The translations under genes and the position numbers were made by a program. Source: Haliotis rubra (lineage: Eukaryota). From it: a stretch of 64,000 nucleotides of DNA. The stretch lies in assembly GCF_003918875.1 (NCBI RefSeq), contig NW_025765476.1, positions 1-64,000 on the forward strand, given 5' to 3'. The notes below the pieces were generated by a model that was not told the origin of the DNA, searched no databases, and saw only the letters and a list, made by a program, of their open reading frames with translations. Positions 26,619 to 37,107 of the stretch are shown one piece after another; position 1 is the stretch's first letter, and each line of letters starts with the position of its first letter.

Positions 26619-26771
26619 GTGAGGTAACGCGGCCATCTGCCACCACCCGTCTCTCTACGGCCTCGGTTTAATGACGGAGCTGCCATTGTTTGATTAAAGA
26701 AGGTGGTCGCGGTGTGATCCCTCGTTATGGTCCATTTAAACTTTACGACGATGAAGACGATGGTTTATAAG
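26619..26771 (+). promoter_or_regulatory. Gene C promoter: GTGAGGTAAC, GCCATTGT, TTAAACTTTACGACG, TATAAG
   Basis: Motifs at 26619-28, 26682-89, 26736-50 and 26766-71, in the same order as in the D and E promoters. Confidence 0.75.
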
Positions 26772-26850
26772 GAGTGTTGATGCAGGGAGACAGCAGATCA
26801 GCCAGCCCTTCAGCGGACACAGGCACAGACACAGACAGGCAACAGTCAGA

Positions 26851-26856
26851 ATGCAG
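26851..26856 (+). CDS. Gene C exon 1 coding part (ATG CAG, MQ) followed by GTGAGA donor
   Basis: About 80 bp downstream of the TATA; phase 0 into exon 2; same layout as the paralogues. Confidence 0.85.
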
Positions 26857-27434
26857 GTGAGATACTTTTACATCTCTTGAAGTAAAATGCGGAACAGGAT
26901 TTGACCAAAATGCGTCTGCTTGCTTTGTATTTTGTATTAAGAAACGAAATAGATTTTAACAAAAATAAATCTGCTGTTCATGCTTGGGTTAGAAACCAAA
27001 AATCATTTGACACTGAAAAGCTTCGGAGTGAGAAACGTAACTTGATTTGAAACTCAAAGTCAGAAACGAAAAATCATTACACATTGATGATCTTATGGTA
27101 TATTGTAGTAGGAAACGAACTATGATTGACAAAAAGTGCGCTTGATAAATATAAGTTGCAAGAACGAAATGTTATTCAGCAATGCAATTCTTTGTGAAAG
27201 AGAAAAAAGAACCCGAATCAAATTAAACGCAGTAGTATGAAATATACGCGAATAAACCAGTCTTTGTATATGGTAGAACTTACAGGACTAAAATTCAGAT
27301 TCCTTCATGTTCGTTCGGGACAAACGAAATATGTCTGCAGCGCATATTTTCAAAAAAAACAAAGTTTGAGGGTCAAGTAAAATATGAATAAACAAACCCA
27401 TAATTTGACCAACGTTCAACAATGTGTTTTTCAG

Positions 27435-29582
27435 TGTCTCCTCGTCGCCGTCGTCGCTCTGTGCGGCATTGTCGTATCAAGCATGTCCTACAACAACAAC
27501 TTTGGCGCTGCCAGACAGCTTGGCCACGTTGCCTCGGGTCTCAACGACTACGGCAAGGGACAATATGGAGGCGCCGAGGGTCTTCGTCGTTACGGAAGCT
27601 ACAACAAAGCGGCCAATGTCAACAATAAAGCCGCCGACAACTACGCCGCCCGCGGTAACAACTACCACAAGGCTGCTGACCATGCCAGCGCAAAGGGGGA
27701 CGCCGCCTCCAACTACTACGGCCACAAGAACGCCGCTCACGCTGACAAAGCCTCCGGTGCTGCCGCTCTGGCCAACAAAGCCAACTACCACGATGCTGCT
27801 GCCACAAAGTACGCAAGGAAGGACGGTGCATCCAAAGCTGCTGCCAACAACGACTACGCCAACAACAACTACTACAGAAAGGGGGACGTCTACAACACTG
27901 GAGTCCACTACGGCTTCGACAAGAAGTATAACAAGAACGCCGATGAGGGCGGTGACTACGAAATTCTTGATGACAGCTCTTCCCACAACCTCGACGAATA
28001 CCGTGATAAGAGCAAGGCTTACAGCGCTGCCAACAGCGACCACGCCGCCAACAAATATGCTGCTGATCGCTCTCATGCTCTGAAAGACAGCAAGTACGGT
28101 AAGGACGCCAGCAAGGCTCAATACGGTAATGGTAAATACGGCTCTGCTGCTAGTCAGGCTGCCAAGAACGGTGCTGCCAACCACGGTTACGACGGCAAAC
28201 TTAACGAAGCTGCCGGAAGCAACAAATACTACGCCAACGCCCACGATGCTGCCGTCGACAAACATGACGAGTTCGCTGGCAAGAACGCCTACTACAACAG
28301 AAGGAACGCTGCTAATGCTGCTGCACAGGCTGCCAAAAACATCGCCGGATATGGAGGTCTCGCCCATGGTGCTCATGGCGTCGCTGGTGGTGCTGGTTTC
28401 CAAGGTGTATCTGGAGGTGTTCTCGGCGGAGTAGGATACGGCAAGGGCTACGGTAACCAGTACGGCCGTGGATACAACAATGGCTACCTTGGACATGACG
28501 CACACAACAACAAGTACTACGGTGCTGCCGTCCAAGGTCAACACGCTAACCACTTTGATGGTGCTTCCAATGCCGCCCTCGCCAAAACCGGAGGATACGG
28601 ATCTAAGCTGGGTGACTCAAGCCGAAACAAGGCCGGTGCCGCCTATCACAGAGACGGCTACAACAACGCTCACGCCAATGACTACTACAAGTCTGGAGCT
28701 GCAGCTGCCAACAACAACGCCTACAGATACAATAAGGACGGTGCCGCTGCCGACAACCATGGATTTAGTCACTCCGGTGCCGACGCTGCCAGTCTCTATG
28801 ACAACAAAGCCGCCGCTCACGACAATGCCAAATCTGCCTACGCCAAAGACGACTACAGACGTAAGTACAACGAGGGTGCCAAGAAACACCATCTGGTCAA
28901 GAAGTTCCACCATCATTCTAAAGCCGGCGGCAACAACTACGAGCGTCTCAACTACGACAAGAAGGACTACAGGGACAACTTTGGACAGAACGCCAATGCC
29001 GCTCATGCCAACGCAAAGAAATACTCTCAGAACCTGTACCAGAACGCTGCCAATGCCGCCGCCCATAACAACGACAAATATGCGGCCAACCACGCCAACA
29101 AAGCCTCCAACTACTACGATGCTGCTGATGCTGCCAACGGCAACGCCGCAAAGAAATCCAACTACTACAACAAAAACGCCGCTGCCTCTGCTGGTGCTGC
29201 CAACGCTGCTGGCAAATCCTATTATGGCAACCACAACAAAGCCGCTGCTACGTATGCCAAGGGTCTCAACGACTACGCCCACAACCAGTACGGCAACAAC
29301 GGTCACGCCTACAACGCCAAACATGCTGCTGCCAACCACGCCGGTGCCGCCCACAACACCCCAAGCTACGGTTACGGTGTGGGACACGGACTTGGAGGAG
29401 CTGGACGTGGAGTTGTCGGCCTTGGTCACGGCGTCAGTGGATACGGTAATGGTTTCGGCAGAGGAGTTGTCGGCCTTGGAAATGGCGTTGGTGGATTCCG
29501 TAACGGAGTTGCCGGCCTTGGTAGAGGCTTTGGCTCTGGTCAAAGTTATGGAGGTTACAACCAGTACCCTTACTACGGGTAA
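27435..29582 (+). CDS. Gene C exon 2: secreted Ala/Asn/Gly/Tyr/His/Lys-rich structural protein (717 aa total)
   Basis: Acceptor tttttcAG at 27433-34; signal peptide MQCLLVAVVALCGIVVSS; open 715 codons; AATAAA at 30107-30112. Confidence 0.95.
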   Translation, partial: CLLVAVVALCGIVVSSMSYNNNFGAARQLGHVASGLNDYGKGQYGGAEGLRRYGSYNKAANVNNKAADNYAARGNNYHKAADHASAKGDAASNYYGHKNAAHADKASGAAALANKANYHDAAATKYARKDGASKAAANNDYANNNYYRKGDVYNTGVHYGFDKKYNKNADEGGDYEILDDSSSHNLDEYRDKSKAYSAANSDHAANKYAADRSHALKDSKYGKDASKAQYGNGKYGSAASQAAKNGAANHGYDGKLNEAAGSNKYYANAHDAAVDKHDEFAGKNAYYNRRNAANAAAQAAKNIAGYGGLAHGAHGVAGGAGFQGVSGGVLGGVGYGKGYGNQYGRGYNNGYLGHDAHNNKYYGAAVQGQHANHFDGASNAALAKTGGYGSKLGDSSRNKAGAAYHRDGYNNAHANDYYKSGAAAANNNAYRYNKDGAAADNHGFSHSGADAASLYDNKAAAHDNAKSAYAKDDYRRKYNEGAKKHHLVKKFHHHSKAGGNNYERLNYDKKDYRDNFGQNANAAHANAKKYSQNLYQNAANAAAHNNDKYAANHANKASNYYDAADAANGNAAKKSNYYNKNAAASAGAANAAGKSYYGNHNKAAATYAKGLNDYAHNQYGNNGHAYNAKHAAANHAGAAHNTPSYGYGVGHGLGGAGRGVVGLGHGVSGYGNGFGRGVVGLGNGVGGFRNGVAGLGRGFGSGQSYGGYNQYPYYG

Positions 29583-31682
29583 ACGGTCATACTCGGATTT
29601 CAGTGTGAAAGAGACTTCGCTATTGAAAGCGTAAATGATCAGCGTTGTGTGTTCAAGATATGCCATCTGTATCAGATCCCGAGGTTGTCATGAAGTACTT
29701 CTTTAATATGTGTTTTGAAGCAATTGTTGAAACGGGCTTTTATAATTTTATCGTCTTATGAGCAAAATTTCATTAAATCAAGTTTAGATGTAGCGATTGT
29801 ATGTTAATTATACACAATGAATTGTAGACTTTTTAAATGTTGATAAATATGTTTAGGGCAAGATACGTTACATTGATGTTGACCTAGCTGGCATTCGACA
29901 GTACTTAAGGGACATATGGGAAGAGTCTTTGCTCGGTGGTTTCTGTGTGTGAAACAGTTTTCTTTTCTTTTTTCAGTGTTGTTGATGATAATTCATATTG
30001 TCAACATAATGCATGATCTTAGCTTAGGTAAATAACAGTACTTTCATGACAACTTCAGATTCTTGTACATGTCTTTGTGTAAGGTGCCCTTTTTTTACCT
30101 ATCTCCAATAAATATTTTCTTACCAGAAAAATGAATGCTTTGTTATTTTTACTGGGGAAAAGCTTGCTACTTAACATATTGTTTGTATTAGTTTCAACAG
30201 AATAATTAAAAGTACTCTCGTGTCACAGGATTATGTTGACTGATTTCTAGAAGTCCATTTATTTAGTTGTTGGAGATACTTGGTATTCTGTTGTAATACT
30301 AATTCTTTGTTATCATCGCGATTCCACTTGCCCTAAATACACCCTAGAGCAGACAACATTAATAAGAAAAACAATAATGTTTAAAGGTTTTGAAATATAA
30401 AGACGACATGAACGGTTCTAAGCTTAGTTTGACCACTATCTGAAACATGGTGGTGGGGTGGTTAAACCGTCGAGTCCGCTCGTCACGCTGATAGCCTTGG
30501 TCGATTGACCACAATGGGTACAATATGTGGTGTTCACGATACGTTTCCCTGGTCTAGTGGATGGGGCGTTTACCCGGAGAACTTAAGGTACTTGGTTCGA
30601 TCCTAGGTTTCATGCCAAAAGAAGGACGTTCTTGCTGTTACCCTTTCGAAAGGCTGAGTCAGCATAATGTGTTTGAGTGGTGGTGTTCATGATAAACTGA
30701 GATATGACCACGGTATCTCCGTGGCTGCACTAAAACAAAACTGCATAACTCTGGATTAGCACACACAGCCACCCACACATGTGCAGATACGTCGATAAAT
30801 GGAATAGACTTGAATGCAACGTTTAACCCCATTTCATCTTAATCACCCCCAGTCCCCTCAGCCATAGCGCTGGAATGTTTCTACAAGCGGCACAAAACTA
30901 TACTCATTTACTTTAACTTGGTTTCTGCTTTATCATTATTTTGAGGCGGTTTTGCGTTGAAGGTTCACAATCTGGGGATGGTTTGGCCTCCTGAAGAGTG
31001 CAATTATGCTTAATGTTTAAAACATGTAAGTGTTCCATTATTTCGTTGATTTCCCATTTACTCTAGTGTGGATTATGATAAACGTCTTAATGTTTGTCCT
31101 GACGCTAAAAACTGCCGGATGTATGCACTAGAAAGACTTTGACCAAAGACTTATAACAAACGTTATCCAAAGTTTACTATGCTCATTACAGTCGCTGAAA
31201 CACTGCAAATCTATTTCCCGAAACAGAACTATGATACCCGTATAACAAACGTCATCATCGAAAAAACATTATTGTTTGTGTTATTTTTAGCCCCATCTTG
31301 TACTTTCATTCGCCCAGCAGCTGATTTTTCAATGATTAATTTCAAGGTTAATTTTCCTCTCCTTTATACGACTGATCATGTGGATCATTTCTGACCAATC
31401 ATCACAAATGGGCTCTTTAAATCGTGGACAACGGTTCTTTCTTAGAAGAAGCTACTTTCACTTTCACAGTTGCCTTTATAACAATTAGAAGTTATACTAT
31501 TCAGTACGGCTGCACTAAACAAATCATTACATTCTCGTTCCTTTTGATACAAAATGCAAAACACGAATATTTTTTAAATGAAAGGAATCTAAGTACATTT
31601 GTTTCATGAGTGAGTTGGGTTTATTGCCGCTTGAACTATATTCAAAGCGACATCAGGGCATATCAGTTCATCGTGGAAGGAA

Positions 31683-31811
31683 GGGGCGGTTGGGTAGCCT
31701 AGTGGTTAAAGCGTTGGCTCGTCACGCCGAAGACCCGGGTTCGAATCCCCACATGGGCACATTGTGTGAAGCCCATTTCTGGTGTCCCCGCCGTGATATT
31801 GCTGGAATATT
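31683..31811 (+). mobile_element. SINE family 1
   Basis: A box tagcctagtgg, B box ggttcgaatccc, family body. Confidence 0.85.
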
Positions 31812-32449
31812 GGCATATCATTCAATGAGGAATCTTTACAACTCAATATATCTCACCACGGGTATGGTTATGGGGAACATAAAACATAGCCGGGGCGAAC
31901 CGGGCGAACACCCTAAATTTGTGTACATGTAGTGAGTGAGTTGGGTCGAGAACAGGGTAGGGATGCTGATCTCATGATATCCCCTTGGTACCCAGATCCA
32001 AGTTCCCTGTTTGTTGCAATATACGACAATACCGTTATTACTATAGCCTGGCTGCTTTTGTGTTGACTAGCATATGGTAATGGAATCTTTACAACTCAAT
32101 ATATCTCTCCTTTTTAAATAAACAAAATAACCGTGATGTTTATATATGTATCATCTACCTAGATATCTTTGCCCGTTTTTATCATCTAGACTTGAAACCA
32201 AACGTTGATGTTTCGGTGATCCCGAAGCATACAACGTCATGGAAACAAGTTCCTGTGTATTCAAATGAGTGACGTTTCAATATGGATTCTTGCATCATTA
32301 CTTTATTTTGATAACGGTGAAAGAATCTGTATCGAAACGTCGCTATAGATGAAAAACAAGAAGTTGTTATCTATAAAGTTCGTTTTTTTGTCATCAGCTT
32401 CTGGAATGAAGTTCGTGAAAGTTATAAGTTGGACGAACATGAATACAGG

Positions 32450-32651
32450 TCACCTGATGAAGGAGTGAGTGAGTGAGTTTTACGCCGCTTTTAGCAATAT
32501 TCCAGCAATATCACGACGGGGGACACCAGAAATGGGCTTCACACATTGTACCCATGCGGGGACTCGAACCCGGGTCTTCGGCGTGACGAGCGAACGCCTT
32601 AAACACTATAGGCCTGATGAAGGAGCAATGGGTAGCTTTGAAACGTCGTGA
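32450..32651 (+). ncRNA. Penelope-type minimal hammerhead ribozyme motif interrupted by a SINE
   Basis: Reconstructed pre-insertion sequence TCAC-CTGATGA-A-GGAGC..GCTTT-GAAAC-GTC-GTGA. Confidence 0.6.
32466..32612 (-). mobile_element. SINE family 1 with 13-bp TSD cctgatgaaggag
   Basis: TSD at 32453-32465 and 32613-32625. Confidence 0.88.
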
Positions 32652-33242
32652 AAAAGAATTAAAAGGTTGTTATCCATAAAAATACGCGTCATGGATTCAT
32701 CTTTTAGAATGTTCATCGAACAGTAGGAATACATGATAACAGTCGAGAAACTGTTAACAATTCCTATCGATGACAGGGGTGAAAATAACCCATTGCCCGA
32801 CGTCCGAGTCCAGTGTTTTTTTCTGTCGGGCAAGCAAATTTGTATATCACACTGTACCGGTGTCTAGTTGACTTTCCAATGTTAATTATGTTGTTTATCT
32901 AAAAAATCAACAAGAAAACGGACGGTATAGTGGAAAAATTATCAGGGCAAGTGATTTTACATGTGCCACTGTACCGGAGTACACTAGCAATATTAAAGTT
33001 ATTTCCACCTCTGCGATGATATACCAACATATCAGGGTAAGTCTGACTGGCTTGAAATAGGTAGCACCGGGTCCGTTCTAAAAAGCGCTAAGTTGATCTT
33101 CCGTTCCTTAACCTACTTATGTTGACTATTGTAGCACCGTGACCGTTGTGTGGACCGAGGCACGGGGGTATATTTGACTGCACACATTTGACCTTGGATA
33201 AGGACAAACTTTATGGATGAACAACTTCTTTATTCAGGTGAT

Positions 33243-33282
33243 TGCGACGTTTCGATACAGATTCTTCTATCGTTGTCAAGCA
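33243..33282 (-). ncRNA. Minimal hammerhead ribozyme motif, U3-A8 variant core
   Basis: TGC-TTGACAA-C-GATA..TATC-GAAAC-GTC-GCA, followed by the repeat tail aagaagttgttcatccataaag; an inverted partial copy lies at 33403-33510. Confidence 0.6.
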
Positions 33283-33402
33283 GGTCCTCCTTTCACAAAG
33301 CACTAAGGTGATCGTAAGTCACTAAGGTAACCTTAGTGCAATGTTAAAGAATGGGAGTTAAGGTTAACCTTAGTAAAGGTTGCTTCGTGAAAAGAGTCCC
33401 TG
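33281..33402. mobile_element. Small MITE (CAGG...CCTG termini, possibly PIF/Harbinger-like)
   Basis: caggtcctcctttcacaaagca ... tgcttcgtgaaaagagtccctg imperfect TIR; internal ctaaggt/accttag inverted motifs. Confidence 0.5.
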
Positions 33403-34020
33403 GACGATACAAGAATCTTTATCGAAACGTCGCATAACTTGAATAAAGAAATTGTTCATCCATAAAGTTTGTCCTTATCTGACTATCCAACTTCTAGAGA
33501 TGCCACTCAAAGACGTTAATGGCCTAATTTGCGTATTGTTCTGTTATATTGTGTTAATGTAAATCCGTTAGATTCCTTAGATAAAACACAAGGGAACATT
33601 TTCCAGACAATATTTATTCTTTGTTTAGGAAAAATGCATGAATCACAATGCAAAAGCAAACAAGACAACAATGTAATCTTTACAACGACAACGAATATAC
33701 TGGAATATCTACAAAACAATTTCTTGAATTTAAATTTTTAAAAACAGGTTGATGAGTCTTATCAATATCTTCTTTTTTCATTATGAATATAAAATCAGTT
33801 GCGTAATATGCTGTTCTTAGCTTAAGGCTTTTACTGCATGTGTTTTATAGAGGGCAAGTAACAGTACTTGCAAATTACAAATCTCCGCTTCACCAGCGGA
33901 TTTAGTTGCACTCGTCATAACACATAATACGGATAAGACATACGAACACGCACACACATAAATCAGGTAAAAATCATTCAAACGTTAAGCCCTTGCACAC
34001 TGCACACTTTTCCCATGTTC

Positions 34021-36198
34021 CTAGTAGTAGGGATAGTGTCCCACCCCTGTGTTCACTCCGAACCCTCCCACAGCACCAAATCCCTTCCCAAGGCTAGAAA
34101 CTCCCTTTATAACGCCTGCAGCGTTGTTGAAGCTACCGACGTGGTTTCCAAGACCGACAACTCCTTTACCCACACCGACCCCGTTACCGAAGCCGCGAAA
34201 GCCGTGACCAAGGCCGACAACTCCATGTGCAGATCCTCCGTGTCCGACACCGTAACCGTAGCTTAGGGTGTCGTGGGTGGCATCGGCATGGTGGGCAGCA
34301 GCACCGTGAGCGGCGTTGTAGGCGTGGCCGTTGTTACCGTACTGGTTATGGGCGTAGTCGTTGAGACCCTTGGCATACGTAGCAGCGGCGTTGTTGTGGT
34401 TGTCATAATAGGATTTGCCAGCAGCGTTGGCAGCACCAGCAGAGGCAGCGGCATTTTTGTTATAGTAGTTGGATTTCTTTGCGGCGTTTCCGTTGGCAGC
34501 ATCAGCAGCATCGTAGTAGTTGGAGGCTTTGTTGGCGTGGTTGGCAGCATATTTGTCGTTGTTATGGGCGGCGGCGTTGGCAGCGTTCTGGTACAGGTTC
34601 TGAGAGTACTTCTTTGCGTTGGCATGAGCGGCATTGGCGTTCTGTCCAAAGTTGTCCCTGTAGTCCTTCTTGTCGTAGTTGAGACGCTCGTAGTTGTTGC
34701 CGCCGGTTTTAGAATGATGGTGGAACTTCTTGACCAGATGGTGTTTCTTGGCACCCTCGTTGTACTTACGTCTGTAGTCGTCCTTGGCGTAGGCAGATTT
34801 GGCATTGTCGTGAGCGGCGGCTTTGTTGTCATAGAGACTGGCAGCGTCGGCACCGGCGTGACTGAAGCCATGGTTGTTGGCAGCGGCACCGTCCTTGTTG
34901 TATCTGTAGGCGTTGTTGTTGCCAACTGCAGCTCCAGACTTGTAGTAGTCGTTGGCGTGAGCGTTGTTGTTACCGTCTCTGTGATAGGCGGCACCGGCCT
35001 TGTTTCGGCTTGAGTCACCAAGTTTAGATCCGTATCCTCCGGTTTTGGCGACGGCGGCATTGGCAGCACCATCATAGTGGTTAGCGTGTTGACCTTGGAC
35101 GGCGGCACCGTAGTACTTGTTGTTGTGTGCGTCATGTCCCAGGTAGCCATTGTTGTATCCGTGGCCGTACTGGTTACCGTAGCCCTTGCCGTATCCTACT
35201 CCTTTGCCGAGAAGACCTCCAGACACACCTAGAACACCAGCACCACCAGCGACGCCATGGGCACCATGGGCGAGACCTCCATATCCGGCGATGTTTTTGG
35301 CAGCCTGTGCAGCAGCATTAGCAGCGTTCCTTCTGTTGTAGTAGGCGTTCTTGCCAGCGAAGTCGTCATGTTTGTTGACGGCAGCATCGTGGGCGTTGGC
35401 GTAGTATTTGTTGCTTCCGGCAGCTTCGTTAAGTTTGCTGTCGTAACCGTGGTTGGCAGCACCGTTCTTGGCAGCGTGGCTAGCAGCAGAGCCGTATTTA
35501 CCGTTACCATACTGAGCCTTGCTGGCGTCCTTACCGTACTTGCTGTCTTTCAGAGCATGAGATCGATCAGCAGCATATTTGTTGGCGGCGTGGTCTCTGT
35601 TGGCAGCGCTGTAAGCCTTGTTCTTATCACGGTATTCGTCGAGGTTGTGGGAAGAGCTGTCATCAAGAATTTCGTAGTCCCCGCCCTCATCGGCGTTCTT
35701 GTTATACTTCTTGTCGAAGCCGTAGTGGACTCCGGTGTTGTAGACGTCCCCCTTTCTGTAGTAGTTGTTGTTGGCGTAGTCGTTGTTGGCAGCAGCTTTG
35801 GAGGCATCGTCCTTCTTTGCGTACTTTGTGGCAGCAGCATCGTGGTAGTTGGCTTTGTTGGCCAGAGCGGCAGCACCGAAGGCTTTGTCAGCGTGAGCGG
35901 CGTTCTTGTGGCCGTAGTAGTTGGAGGCGGCGTCTCCCTTTGCGCTGGCATGGTCAGCAGCCTTGTGGTAGTCGTTACCGTGGGCGGCGTAGTTGTCTGC
36001 GGCTTTGTTGGCGGCATTGGCGGCTTTGTTGTAGCTTCCGTAACGACGAAGACCCTCGGCGCCTCCATATCGTCCTTTGCCGTAGTCGTTGAGACCCGAG
36101 GCAACGTGGCCAAGCTGTGCGGCAGCTCCAAAGTTGTTGTTGTAGGACATGCTGGATACGACAACGCCGCACAGAGCGACGAAGGCGACGAGGAGACA
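34021..36198 (-). CDS. Gene D exon 2: secreted Ala/Asn/Gly/Tyr/His/Lys-rich structural protein (727 aa total)
   Basis: Acceptor tttttcAG at 36200-36199; CLLVAFVALCGVVVSS signal peptide followed by the 709-aa ORF; highly similar to C/E/F; candidate polyA signal at 33613-33618. Confidence 0.95.
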   Translation of the reverse strand, partial: CLLVAFVALCGVVVSSMSYNNNFGAAAQLGHVASGLNDYGKGRYGGAEGLRRYGSYNKAANAANKAADNYAAHGNDYHKAADHASAKGDAASNYYGHKNAAHADKAFGAAALANKANYHDAAATKYAKKDDASKAAANNDYANNNYYRKGDVYNTGVHYGFDKKYNKNADEGGDYEILDDSSSHNLDEYRDKNKAYSAANRDHAANKYAADRSHALKDSKYGKDASKAQYGNGKYGSAASHAAKNGAANHGYDSKLNEAAGSNKYYANAHDAAVNKHDDFAGKNAYYNRRNAANAAAQAAKNIAGYGGLAHGAHGVAGGAGVLGVSGGLLGKGVGYGKGYGNQYGHGYNNGYLGHDAHNNKYYGAAVQGQHANHYDGAANAAVAKTGGYGSKLGDSSRNKAGAAYHRDGNNNAHANDYYKSGAAVGNNNAYRYNKDGAAANNHGFSHAGADAASLYDNKAAAHDNAKSAYAKDDYRRKYNEGAKKHHLVKKFHHHSKTGGNNYERLNYDKKDYRDNFGQNANAAHANAKKYSQNLYQNAANAAAHNNDKYAANHANKASNYYDAADAANGNAAKKSNYYNKNAAASAGAANAAGKSYYDNHNNAAATYAKGLNDYAHNQYGNNGHAYNAAHGAAAHHADATHDTLSYGYGVGHGGSAHGVVGLGHGFRGFGNGVGVGKGVVGLGNHVGSFNNAAGVIKGVSSLGKGFGAVGGFGVNTGVGHYPYY

Positions 36199-37107
36199 CT
36201 GAAAAACATAGATTATCCTGATAATTGCTGATCTAACGATGTTGTATTTTCAAAATCTTCAACGACGGAATTTTCCATATTGAGAAGCTTGAGACGAACT
36301 CGATTCCCAATTTCGGTACAACGTACGTGTGAGGCCCTACATTGGTGTCCCAAACTTCACTGTGTCTTGATTTCTGGTAAAGGGTAAAACCTAGTTTATA
36401 TGTAGTACTAAATATTTCTGATATTAAACCGAAATAAAACACGTATATTCGAGAATAGAGTATGTCCATTTTACACAAGTTATAAAAAACGAAGATGAAT
36501 GACTTATTACGAGTAACGCCAACTTGGACTGCTTCGTGCATGTATCAACATACATCTATTACACCTTTCAACAATACAGTTTAAGTGACCAAATAGAATA
36601 CAAACGAACACAAGATTATGGAAAAGGGGTATGTTGACAAAAATTCGTGTAAAACTGGAGATAAAGAGAGCCGGATGTTTAGAAGAATCAGACAATTTTG
36701 TTTGCGCACCTGGAAGGACAAAATGCATTTCGTATTTTCCTTGAAATGGAATCTAGAAATTAGAAATTAAAGGCGATAGCTACTCATGGGATAATATCTA
36801 TGACGTGCACACACGCCTTTTCACCCATAAGAAATATACCTGTATAGTCTGTAGTATATCTTTATTATATTTAAAAACTAGTCATTTTCAATTCAGAATT
36901 AACTTCTGACGTTTTTAAATACGGGAACGAAAAGAAAGGTTCTATTTCATAAAAACACAAAGCCAGTGGCTCAGAGTTATCCGCCCTTGGTTTGCACTTC
37001 AATCATGAAAAACAATGCATGATAGAAGTCAATCCAGGCAAAGTCGTTCCTGACTCAAACCCAAACATTATAGGACTGTATCAACTGAAAACCCATATTT
37101 ATGAGAC

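Noticed and set aside
27384-27434. ORF-track N-termini for genes B, C, E and F
   Set aside because: These are intronic read-through upstream of the AG acceptor (or the wrong frame in F); the true starts are the 2-codon first exons.
28468-29634. Thr/Pro-rich mucin-like ORFs in shifted frames of each gene
   Set aside because: By-product of AAC/TAC/GCC codon runs read out of frame; no signal peptide or splice support.
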